A stretch of DNA of 57,163 nt, counting the filler, from Candidatus Limnocylindrales bacterium (GTDB lineage Bacteria; Moduliflexota; Moduliflexia; Moduliflexales; JAUQPW01): NCBI GenBank assembly GCA_035559535.1. It is 6 parts of 6 records of this genome, joined end to end, with 100 filler letters (N's around TTAATTAATTAA, not from the genome) between each part and the next. Parts side by side here need not be neighbours in the genome. Positions count along the whole stretch, not along the records: positions 47,756 to 52,391 come from DATMBG010000053.1; positions 52,492 to 57,163 come from DATMBG010000056.1; 4 more parts are not named here. One strand, written 5' to 3'. Position numbers and translations under genes: made by a program. Below the pieces are notes generated by a model. That model did no database searches. It had not been told where the DNA came from and was given only the letters and a program-made list of their open reading frames with translations. Positions 48,490-57,163 of the stretch are shown in pieces. Within the stretch, counting starts at the first letter, position 1, and each line of letters opens with the position of its first letter.

Positions 48490-49902
48490 TTACCCATCGT
48501 AATAGAGGGCAAACTCCCAAGGGATCGGGCGAAGTCGGATCGGATTAATTTCCTTTTCGGTTTTATATTTAATCCAGGTTTCGATAAGATCCTCTGTAAA
48601 AACATCTCCTTTCATGAGAAATTCATGATCTTCTTTAAGAGCCTGAAGCGCTTCTTGCAAAGAACCCGGTACGGAAGGGACGTTGGCTAGTTCTTCAGGT
48701 TCAAGGGCATAGATATCCTTATCTAAAGGATCTCCGGGGTGGAGTTTATTGGCAACCCCATCCAGTCCGGCCATCAACATGGCCGAGAAGGCCAGGTAGC
48801 CATTACAGAGTGGGTCAGGAAATCGAACCTCTATGCGCTTGGCTTTAGGACTAGGGGAATACATGGGGATTCGTACGCCGGCGCTTCGGTTTCTGCTGGA
48901 ATAGGCCAGGTTAACCGGGGCTTCAAAACCCGGGGTCAATCTTTTGTAAGAATTCGTGGTTGGAGCCACAAAGGCACATAAAGCCGGAGCGTGGGCCAGA
49001 ATCCCTCCAATATAGTACAGAGCAAAATCGCTCAGGCCCGCGTATTCATCCCCTGCAAAGAGAGGTCGCCCGGCCTTCCAGACACTTTGATGGGTATGCA
49101 TTCCGGAGCCATTATCCCCAAAGAGGGGTTTCGGCATGAAAGTAGCAGTCTTATTGTGTCGACGGGCTACATTCTTAACGATGTACTTGTACCACATAAG
49201 TTTGTCGGCCATTCGGGTTAAACTATCGAACCGCATATCGATCTCGCACTGACCCGCCGTGGCTACTTCATGATGCTCCTTTTCCACCTGGATACCTACC
49301 TTTTCCATCGTCTTAACCATCTCGGCCCGAAGTTTTTGAAGGCTATCGATGGGAGGTACGGGAAAATATCCTTCTTTATATCGAGGTTTGTAACCCAGAT
49401 TGGGTTTTTCCTCTTTTCCGGTATTCCAGAATCCTTCCACAGAATCAATGTAGAAGAAGCCGTAATTTTCTGCCTGACCAAACCGTATATCATCGAAAAC
49501 AAAAAACTCCGGTTCTGGACCAAAATAAGCTACTTCTCCCATTCCCGAAGCAATCAGGTAGGCTTCTGCTTTTTGAGCTACATAGCGGGGATCTCGGCTG
49601 TAATGCTCCCGGGTTACCGGATCTACAATGGTACATATAAGGCTCAAGGTAGGAATTTCTTGAAATGGATCCATAACGGCAGTGGTTGGATCCGGGACGA
49701 CGAGCATATCACTGGCTTCAATGGATTGCCAACCTCGAATACTGGACCCATCGAATCCAATCCCCTCCTCGAAGGCTTCTTCCGTTAGCTCGCCCAAGGG
49801 GATTCCAAAATGTTGCCATTGCCCCAGGAGATCCGTAAACTTCAGGTCTACCCGCTCTGCCCGGTTGTCCTTGGCAAATTTAATAACTTCCTTTGGAGTC
49901 AT
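48490..49902 (-). CDS. glnA: Glutamine synthetase type I
   Basis: [47 protein letters not shown] and the adenylylation-site KDIY. Confidence 0.97.
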   Translation of the reverse strand: MTPKEVIKFAKDNRAERVDLKFTDLLGQWQHFGIPLGELTEEAFEEGIGFDGSSIRGWQSIEASDMLVVPDPTTAVMDPFQEIPTLSLICTIVDPVTREHYSRDPRYVAQKAEAYLIASGMGEVAYFGPEPEFFVFDDIRFGQAENYGFFYIDSVEGFWNTGKEEKPNLGYKPRYKEGYFPVPPIDSLQKLRAEMVKTMEKVGIQVEKEHHEVATAGQCEIDMRFDSLTRMADKLMWYKYIVKNVARRHNKTATFMPKPLFGDNGSGMHTHQSVWKAGRPLFAGDEYAGLSDFALYYIGGILAHAPALCAFVAPTTNSYKRLTPGFEAPVNLAYSSRNRSAGVRIPMYSPSPKAKRIEVRFPDPLCNGYLAFSAMLMAGLDGVANKLHPGDPLDKDIYALEPEELANVPSVPGSLQEALQALKEDHEFLMKGDVFTEDLIETWIKYKTEKEINPIRLRPIPWEFALYYDG

Positions 49903-50042
49903 ATAGTCCCTTTATCTGTTGTTCGTTGTTCGTTGTCGGGGTGGGTATAACCTGTAAATCCACTTATCTGACTTTCTCCCCTTACACCCTACACAGGGGA
50001 TCCCAGACAACGAACAGCGAACCTTTCTAAATACCCCGTAGT

Positions 50043-51653
50043 TTATTGTTCGGGTTGCTTGACTGTAGTTTGACTTAGTAACTCTTTAACCCCTGGCAGT
50101 TGATCCAGAAGGCTTTTGACGGCTTTACCGGTATCGATTTTGGAAAATTCTAGTAATTCTTTTAACAAGGGAAGAGCAGCTCCCACATTGAGAAGCGTAC
50201 TTAAAATAGTTCCCATGGGATAAGAACCATTTCCCTCGGCCCCATGCCCGTTCAAGCCATGAATATCCAGGACCTTAATACTCTCGATTTGTTTGGCCGG
50301 AGCCATGAGTTCACCCAGGATTTGAGGAGCTTTATCGATTAAATTCTGGAGCACATCCCGGTAGATGAATTTGAGATCCAACAAGTTCTCGGCTTCGCGA
50401 ATCTTGGCTTTAACATAGGCTTCAGCTTCTCCATCTTTTATCTTCGATAAGGCCATCCGTTCCATGGCCTCGGCTTTTTTCTGAGTCACTTCCAGTTCTC
50501 GCATGGCTTCAATCAAAGCAAGCATTTTGGCCCGCTCGACTTTCGCCTTCTCAATGGTATCGATGACCCTTTGGGCCGCTTCTTCCTTGCTCATCAAAGT
50601 AGCAAGTTGGGCTTTTTCCTCTTCGATTTTCTGTTTTTCTTTCAAAATAATAGCAATTTCTTTATCTCGCTTGGCCTCTTCAATAACCCGCTCCTTTTCA
50701 ATCTCAGCCTGCTCTCGGGAACGAATCTGTTCAAGCAACGAAATCTCTCTCTTCAACTGGGCCTCTTTAATAGCCCTCTCTCTTTCAATTTGAAGTTCCT
50801 CAATCATCTGTTCTTTAAGGATCTCAGCCTCCCGGATCTTTTGTTCCTGTTGGTAAGCAAACTGCTCTGTTTCGGCCCGCTTCTGGGCACGATAGGTTTC
50901 AATCTGATGACGTTGTTCGGCCTCTGCAAACTCACGATCTTTATCCAGTTCCAGTTTGAGTTTAACCGCCTCTACATCTTTTCTCCGAATAGCTACCTCG
51001 GTGTTGCGCTCGATTTCGTTTCGTTCCCGTTGACGCTCGGAGGTTTGAGCCGTAATCTGCTTGAGACCTTCTGCATCGAAAATGTTGTTGGGATCTAACT
51101 GACCCTTTTCGGTTTGATCTAGATGGAAAATGGAAACATCTTCCAGGGTTAAACCGTTGGGAAGCAGGGCATCTTTCAAACTCTCCATAACCAGTTTAGC
51201 AAAACCTCGTCGGTTCTCATGGAGCTCTATTAAGGTCATACTCGCCGCCGTGGAACGAAGTGCGGAAACCAACTTCTCTTCCACCAGACTTTTAATTCCT
51301 TCGGCACTAAAGGACTTATCTCCTAAGCTTCTGGATGCTTTTTCAATATGGTCTTCCTTCGCTTCAATTTTTACATAGAACTCTGCTCCAATATCTACCC
51401 TCATTTTATCCTTTGTAATAAAGGCTTCTCTATCGGCTTTAAAAACTTCCAGTTTAAAGGTCTCCAGGGAAATCCATTGAATATTTTGAACAATGGGAAG
51501 AACAATGGCTCCGCTATCCACCACAACCTTTTTACCTCCCAGTCCGGTGCGAACAAACGCCATATTCGTTGGGGCTTTAACATACCACCTGGTAAAAGCC
51601 AGGATACCCATAGCCACCCCAATGGCCAGGATGATTAAAATAGTGGTAATCAT
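50043..51653 (-). CDS. SPFH/flotillin domain protein (YqiK-like)
   Basis: N-terminal TM helix, AFVRTGLGGKKVV, NNIFDAEGL and a long coiled coil. Confidence 0.88.
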   Translation of the reverse strand: MITTILIILAIGVAMGILAFTRWYVKAPTNMAFVRTGLGGKKVVVDSGAIVLPIVQNIQWISLETFKLEVFKADREAFITKDKMRVDIGAEFYVKIEAKEDHIEKASRSLGDKSFSAEGIKSLVEEKLVSALRSTAASMTLIELHENRRGFAKLVMESLKDALLPNGLTLEDVSIFHLDQTEKGQLDPNNIFDAEGLKQITAQTSERQRERNEIERNTEVAIRRKDVEAVKLKLELDKDREFAEAEQRHQIETYRAQKRAETEQFAYQQEQKIREAEILKEQMIEELQIERERAIKEAQLKREISLLEQIRSREQAEIEKERVIEEAKRDKEIAIILKEKQKIEEEKAQLATLMSKEEAAQRVIDTIEKAKVERAKMLALIEAMRELEVTQKKAEAMERMALSKIKDGEAEAYVKAKIREAENLLDLKFIYRDVLQNLIDKAPQILGELMAPAKQIESIKVLDIHGLNGHGAEGNGSYPMGTILSTLLNVGAALPLLKELLEFSKIDTGKAVKSLLDQLPGVKELLSQTTVKQPEQ

Positions 51654-51725
51654 CTTTCTCTCTCCTGAATCCTTCGTAGTCCGTTGCCGAAGACAATCGA
51701 TAACAGGCAACCGACCACGAATAAA

Positions 51726-52391
51726 TCAGGTTTCAATTTCAACCTTTGCCGATTCGATTCCATATTGCTGGAGAAGCTTTTCCAGCCTTTCCCGGAAGGC
51801 ATAGGGGTCTCCCTTACTAAAGGTTAAGGTATTCTGACTAAAAAATTTAACGTGGGGATATAACTCTTGAAATTCCGGTGGAACCTGGTGGGGATAGGCT
51901 CTACAAAGCCCCTGCCAAAAATCTGTAAAGGTTTTCTTATCAATATTTGTAACAACCAGTTTAAAAGATTTATCTGCATAGGAAGACTCTCGAGATCCCG
52001 ACGAAGGAACTACCGGCGGCTTACGGGAAGAGGTAATCGGAGGCGTTCGGGTTCCTATTGTTGGTTTACCCGAAGTTTGAACCATCTGTTTAACTGTTTC
52101 TAAAGGTTTGGGAACAAAGGTAGGACTGATACTGGCCGAGACCGATTCTCCATACCCTGCCAAACCAAAGGCATAGGCACTCTCGTTGTGTTGACTTAAA
52201 TCCAACCCCATCTCCTCTTCCTCCTCACTGACCCTTAACCCCACAATCCCATCCACAACCTTCAGCAATATCAAAGACCCAAAAAACGCCAACACCCACG
52301 AAGCTAATACCCCTATTGCCTGCACCTTGAGCTGATTGGGATTACCAAAGAAAAGTCCATCACTCCCTGCTCCATTGATCGCCTTCGATGC
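51726..52391 (-). CDS. Ammonium transporter C-terminal part with a long cytoplasmic extension (5'-truncated)
   Basis: GLFFGNPNQLKVQAIG...GLRVSEEEEEMGLDLSQHNESAY Amt C-terminal motif, then about 145 further residues. Confidence 0.85.
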   Translation of the reverse strand, partial: ASKAINGAGSDGLFFGNPNQLKVQAIGVLASWVLAFFGSLILLKVVDGIVGLRVSEEEEEMGLDLSQHNESAYAFGLAGYGESVSASISPTFVPKPLETVKQMVQTSGKPTIGTRTPPITSSRKPPVVPSSGSRESSYADKSFKLVVTNIDKKTFTDFWQGLCRAYPHQVPPEFQELYPHVKFFSQNTLTFSKGDPYAFRERLEKLLQQYGIESAKVEIET

Positions 52392-52491
52392 NNNNNNNNN
52401 NNNNNNNNNNNNNNNNNNNNNNNNNNNNNNNNNNNTTAATTAATTAANNNNNNNNNNNNNNNNNNNNNNNNNNNNNNNNNNNNNNNNNNNN
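52392..52491. other. Artificial contig linker
   Basis: N-run around TTAATTAATTAA. Confidence 0.97.
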
Positions 52492-54342
52492 GAGTTCCTG
52501 GTTGCTTCGTTCCAATTCTTGGGTGTAGTGGGCGAGGGTTTGTTCGGCTTTGATGCGTTTGGTCAGTTCTTGTTGGGTGGAGGTATAGAGTCGGGCGTTA
52601 TCCAGGGCTATGGAAGCTAACTCGGCAAATCGTTTTAATAGCTCTATCTCATCTTCTCCAAATGTCCGACCTTCTTCAAGATAAGCCAGTGCCAGCACGC
52701 CCACGACTTCCGGGCCGGATTTAAGCGGCACACCTACGACCGCACGAAAAATATCATAACGGGAATCCGGCATCCGATCAGGCCAGGTGCGATAGTCATT
52801 TATTATGATCGGCTGACCGGTCTGCCAGACCTTTCCCCCCAGACTCTCGCCCCACTTTAAGCGATGATTGATGAATTGGCTGTAAATTCCTACACCCACC
52901 TTAATTACCATGGCGGCTTCTTCAGGATCGATTAGGCGGATATATCCATGTTGGGTGTTCAACAACGCCCCGGCAAGCGTAACAATGGTTTCAAGTAGAT
53001 CATTCAATTCTAGACGATTCATCAAAGCCAGACTGGTTTCATGTAGAGCGGTTAAATAGACATTTTGTTGATGCAGCTTCCTTTCTACCTGCTTTCGTTC
53101 GATGATCTCTTGCTGTAATTGTTGATTAGATATCTGCAATTGAACGGTTCTTTCTTTTACCCGGATCTCCAGTTCATCCTTTGCTTTAAGTAGCTCCTTT
53201 TCCGCTCTTCTCCGCCTGATCACATTTATACTGAGGGTAAATACGAGGAATATAAGGCTCCCTATACAGGCTATGGTAGCCCAGACTAAACCTTTATGTT
53301 CTATATAAAAGGAATAAGGTCGGTTGATAACTATGCTCCCTTTGGGTAAACTGGAAAGTTTAATGCCAAAACGCTGCATCTGTTGGTAATCAAACATATA
53401 ACGGTTTGGACTCTCCTCGTGGACAGGAATGTTTATGGCTTTTTCGCCCTGTAAAATTTGGAGAGCCATCTTTGCAGCCTCTTCTCCCTGGGCGTAGCCG
53501 CTGATCATTTTACCTCCTACGACTCCATGACCCAAAAAAAGATCCCAGGAGCTGTAAACAGGGACTTTCGACGCAGTAGAAATAAGAGCCGTACTTTCTT
53601 CATAAGAAAATACTTTACCCGACTTATCTCGAATAAAAGATAATAAAAGCACAAAACTGTCTGGGGACAAATTTTTGACGCGTTCCTGGACCTCTTCCAT
53701 GTTGAGATTTTCTAAAAAGATAAACTCCACGGAATTTGGGAATTTTGGGATTAGTTCCTGCACAATCCTTCTGAAAGCAATACCTGCCGTTGTTTCATCA
53801 CTTACAACCGCAATTTGTCTGGTGGCTGGATGGAGTTTCAGGGCAATATCCAGAGTTCCCTTGATATCGGCTGCCTCTACGACTCCGGTCATCATATCGT
53901 GACCGATCAAATCCGAATCTTTGAAATAGTTAACTCCACAGAAAACCACCGGTACGTCGGGAAATAAATCATCCTGGTATTTGAGCAGGAAATTATAGGC
54001 ATCATCATCGGAAGAGAGAATCACATCCAACTTGCGCTGGTCATACTTATATTTATACAAGTCACGAAGTTTTTGAAAATACCATTCATCGGAAATCCTT
54101 TTAGTATCCATGTATTCGATGTAGAGGTCCATGTTTTGTTGGTCGGCTTTTAAAACCGATTCCATGCCCTTCATAATACTATCTGTCCAGGTAAATCCTT
54201 TATGATAAGAGTGGAGTACCAGTATATTTTTCTTTTGATGGGGCTGTGAATAACAAAGAGGATGGGAGAATGTCAGGAAGCAGATGATCGGGAAAGACAA
54301 ACGTATCCACTTACGGATTCTTTTAGGTTGGTTTTCCCACAT
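52492..54342 (-). CDS. Sensor protein, probable histidine kinase (periplasmic ABC substrate-binding-like domain plus GAF), 3'-truncated
   Basis: ILVLHSYH, PVVFCGVN, TM helix and GAF; ends at ELERSNQEL, the usual lead-in to a HisKA domain. Confidence 0.82.
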
Positions 54343-54355
54343 AGATGTTTTTCAC

Positions 54356-56518
54356 TTAACTCTCAAGGTGATTAGAAGTGGAGTTTCCTAAGCTCAAATG
54401 TCGTCCTTCTTGAAGTAACTGAGTCATGATCTCAGCCGGTACAGGTCGGCTAAAATAATATCCTTGCATTTCATCACAGTGATGAGCGCGTAAGAATCTC
54501 AACTGTTCTTCGGTTTCCACCCCTTCAGCCGTTACTTTCAATTTCAGGCTATGGGCCATGGCAATTATAGCCATGGCAATGGCCGCATCGTCTGGATCAC
54601 CGGTAATATCCAGTACAAACGATCGATCTATTTTCAACTTATCTATAGGAAACCGCTTCAGATAACTCAACGACGAGTAACCGGTACCAAAATCATCGAT
54701 GGAAAGATGGATTCCCATGGCTTTCAGTTCATGTAAGATGGATAGGGTGGCTTCTACATTTTCCATAAGGTGACTTTCGGTCAACTCCAGTTCCAGGTAG
54801 TTGGGATCAAGTCCGGTTTCTTTAAGTATCCTGACTATGTCTTTTATCAAACCTTTTTGTTTGAAGCGACGGGCCGAGAGGTTTACGGCAACCCGTAAAG
54901 GAAAGAAGCCTGCTTTTTGCCAGGTCTGGTTTTGAGCACAGGCCGTCCGGAATACCCAATCTCCAAGAGGGATAATGAGTCCGGTTTCTTCTGCCAGGGG
55001 AATAAACTCCATGGGAGGAACTAATCCTTTATCCGGGTGTTGCCAGCGTACTAACGCTTCTACCCCAACGATTTGACCGGTGTGGAGGCTTACCTGGGGT
55101 TGATAATAAACTACAAATTCTTGTCGTTCCAAAGCCCGTCTTAGATCATTCTCCAGGATGAGGCGCTCGAAGGCTTTAGCGTTCATGGAGGGGGTGTAAA
55201 ATTGGTAGGTTCCTCGACCCTGTTCTTTGGTACGGTACATCGCAGCGTCTGCATTTTTAATTAAGGTTTCGGCATCTCTGCCATCTGAGGGATATAAGCT
55301 TATCCCCATGCTACCGGTAATGTGAAGCTCCTGTCCATCGACATTAAAGGGAGGTTTAAGCACCTCAAGAATTCTTCGAGCGACTTTGGCTACATCTTCC
55401 CCATGGGTAATACCAGGTAATAACAACATGAATTCGTCTCCTCCCAAACGGGCAACGGTATCTCCTCCTCGAAGACAACCTGTCAGCCGTTTAGCGACTT
55501 CTTGTAACAATTGATCTCCGATGGCATGCCCTAATGTATCGTTGATGGTTTTGAACCGATCCAGATCGAGAAATATTACGGCCACCATACCTTTGTTACG
55601 CCGGGCGTGTGCTAATTCCAGGGTAAGATGATCATTAAACAATACCCGGTTGGGTAACCCCGTTAAAGGATCATGATAGGCCAGATGATGAACCATCTCC
55701 TCAGCCTGTTTACGTTCCGTGATGTCAATATGGGTAACCACCACACCGCCCCGTTGGCTCTGCAAAGGGGTTACCCGCATTAAAAACCAGCGTCTTTCCT
55801 TCCTCGAATGGCAGGAATATTCCAGTGTGAATTGATCTTGCAAACCCTTCAATACCACTTGAATCCCAACCAGAGCTCTTAGCGCATCTTCGGAACCTCG
55901 CTTCAGAGCCTGTTGACACTCTTCCAGATAGTTAGTTCCAACACCGGTACCAGAAAGAAGTGGATCGCCGTTTTCTTGGGCAAATCGTTCCCATGCCTTG
56001 TTGACGGCAATAACATTTCCAGCTCTATCCAGTACGGCAATATGCGATGTCAGGGAGCTCAATACCGCCCGATTAAATTCTTCACTCTCCTTGAGGGCTA
56101 CTTCGGCCTTCTTCCGAAACATTTCTTTTTCATGCAATTCCATCGCATACCGAATAGACTGACATAACAACTCTGAAGATAACTTTGCTTTAGGAAGATA
56201 ATCTGCCGCACCGGCTTTCATGGCTTCTACGGCAATTTCCTCATCCCCCTGTCCTGTTAGAAAAATAACCGGAACCGAAACTCCCTCTGCCCGAATCCTG
56301 CGTAAGACCTCTAGGCCATCTACTTCCCCTAATCGATAGTCGAATAAACAAACTTCATAATTCGTCCTGCTTACACAACTTATCGCTTCTGAGAAAGAAG
56401 GGGCATGATCTAGAACAAACCTGAATCCCTTCATCCCAGATTGAAGTAAATCTTGGATGAGTATTACACCCTCGGTATCGTCGTCAACAACCAATATTTT
56501 TATTTCGGGTTCGTCCAT
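54356..56518 (-). CDS. REC-PAS-GGDEF-EAL diguanylate cyclase/phosphodiesterase
   Basis: ILVVDDD receiver, PAS, GGDEF, EAL and DDFGTGYSSL. Confidence 0.93.
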   Translation of the reverse strand: MDEPEIKILVVDDDTEGVILIQDLLQSGMKGFRFVLDHAPSFSEAISCVSRTNYEVCLFDYRLGEVDGLEVLRRIRAEGVSVPVIFLTGQGDEEIAVEAMKAGAADYLPKAKLSSELLCQSIRYAMELHEKEMFRKKAEVALKESEEFNRAVLSSLTSHIAVLDRAGNVIAVNKAWERFAQENGDPLLSGTGVGTNYLEECQQALKRGSEDALRALVGIQVVLKGLQDQFTLEYSCHSRKERRWFLMRVTPLQSQRGGVVVTHIDITERKQAEEMVHHLAYHDPLTGLPNRVLFNDHLTLELAHARRNKGMVAVIFLDLDRFKTINDTLGHAIGDQLLQEVAKRLTGCLRGGDTVARLGGDEFMLLLPGITHGEDVAKVARRILEVLKPPFNVDGQELHITGSMGISLYPSDGRDAETLIKNADAAMYRTKEQGRGTYQFYTPSMNAKAFERLILENDLRRALERQEFVVYYQPQVSLHTGQIVGVEALVRWQHPDKGLVPPMEFIPLAEETGLIIPLGDWVFRTACAQNQTWQKAGFFPLRVAVNLSARRFKQKGLIKDIVRILKETGLDPNYLELELTESHLMENVEATLSILHELKAMGIHLSIDDFGTGYSSLSYLKRFPIDKLKIDRSFVLDITGDPDDAAIAMAIIAMAHSLKLKVTAEGVETEEQLRFLRAHHCDEMQGYYFSRPVPAEIMTQLLQEGRHLSLGNSTSNHLES

Positions 56519-56534
56519 GCCGGTTCTCCCTATA

Positions 56535-56981
56535 CTAGCCAGGTAGTTCAACAATCTCTAACCAATATTTACCCAGTAATTTCATGGCATCTACCAATTG
56601 ATCAAAACTGACGGGTTTCTTAATAAAGGAATTTACACCAGAATGATAGGATCGAATAATGTCCTCATCGGCTTTTGAAGTGGTTAAAACGACTACCGGG
56701 ATCTTTTTCAACTCGGGATTTAGTTTAATTTCGTGTAAAGCTTCCCGGCCATCCTTCCTCGGCATATTCAAATCTAACAGGATTAAGCCCGGTCTTGGGG
56801 AGGTTTGGGGATCTTGAAAAGAACCTTGATGAAGCAAATAATCTATTAACTCCTCCCCATTTCTGACCCGATAGACTTCATTGGTTATTAAAGCCTCTCT
56901 TAAAGCATCCAGAGTCAACAGATAATCGTCGTCGTCATCCTCAGCAAGTAAAATGACAATGGAGTTTGTATTCTTACCCAT
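56535..56981 (-). CDS. Single-domain response regulator
   Basis: ILLAEDD, LLDLNMP, LTTS and KP motifs. Confidence 0.93.
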   Translation of the reverse strand: MGKNTNSIVILLAEDDDDDYLLTLDALREALITNEVYRVRNGEELIDYLLHQGSFQDPQTSPRPGLILLDLNMPRKDGREALHEIKLNPELKKIPVVVLTTSKADEDIIRSYHSGVNSFIKKPVSFDQLVDAMKLLGKYWLEIVELPG

Positions 56982-57162
56982 GGTTTTCTCCTATCTTCTT
57001 AGATTGTTGAGCTGGGAGTAGGATAGTAAAAGTACTTCCTTTTCCCGGTACACTGCGAGCCGTAATCTCCCCCTTGTGCCGCTTGACAATCTTCTGACAA
57101 ATCGCCAACCCCATCCCCGTCCCCTCAAACTCATGACGACCCTGTAAACGTTGAAACGGCTT
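56974..57162 (-). CDS. Histidine kinase HATPase C-terminus (5'-truncated by the window edge)
   Basis: KPFQRL...[21 protein letters not shown]...PGKGSTF (F and G2 boxes). Confidence 0.9.
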   Translation of the reverse strand, partial: KPFQRLQGRHEFEGTGMGLAICQKIVKRHKGEITARSVPGKGSTFTILLPAQQSKKIGENHG

Positions 57163-57163
57163 G

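Noticed and set aside
48204-48690. Overlapping ORFs 48204-48605 and 48376-48690
   Set aside because: They are shadow frames of the glnA 3' end and intergenic DNA with no recognisable motifs.

Overview
The window is not one locus. It is six contigs joined by 100-nt N/TTAATTAATTAA linkers, so adjacency across a linker is not evidence of linkage. Contig 1 (1-14696) carries efflux and stress genes: a MacA-like adaptor, two universal stress proteins, a P2C-like P-type ATPase, a LonC-like protease and an RND pump. It also holds an unannotated 59-codon membrane ORF with its own sigma70 promoter, strong RBS, in-frame UGA and a SECIS-like hairpin (candidate small selenoprotein). Contig 2 (14797-27268) has an M23 peptidase, two small secreted proteins, a TPR-like protein, a GT4 and a lasso peptide cluster (B1-B2-C-A-kinase-nucleotidyltransferase). 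The unannotated lasso precursor has the core YLEGPPVDLTLGYLL, and the cyclase is interrupted by an in-frame TAG. Contig 3 (27369-33045) contains tandem YfhO-like membrane glycosyltransferases. Contig 4 (33146-47655) has a GAF-PAS-GGDEF-EAL gene behind a sigma54 promoter and a c-di-GMP-I riboswitch. Divergent from it is a periplasmic module (cupredoxin-like protein, Tat metallophosphoesterase, monoheme SoxA/TsdA-like cytochrome, SoxYZ fusion with superoxide-reductase-type ligands, beta-propeller), followed by a rearranged cbb3 oxidase operon. Contig 5 (47756-52391) is amt-flotillin-glnA-amt. Contig 6 (52492-57163) holds two-component and c-di-GMP signalling genes. MITE- and REP-like palindromes are common, several lie in frame inside genes, and some coincide with assembly breaks. 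All calls come from reading motifs by eye; no database searches were run.
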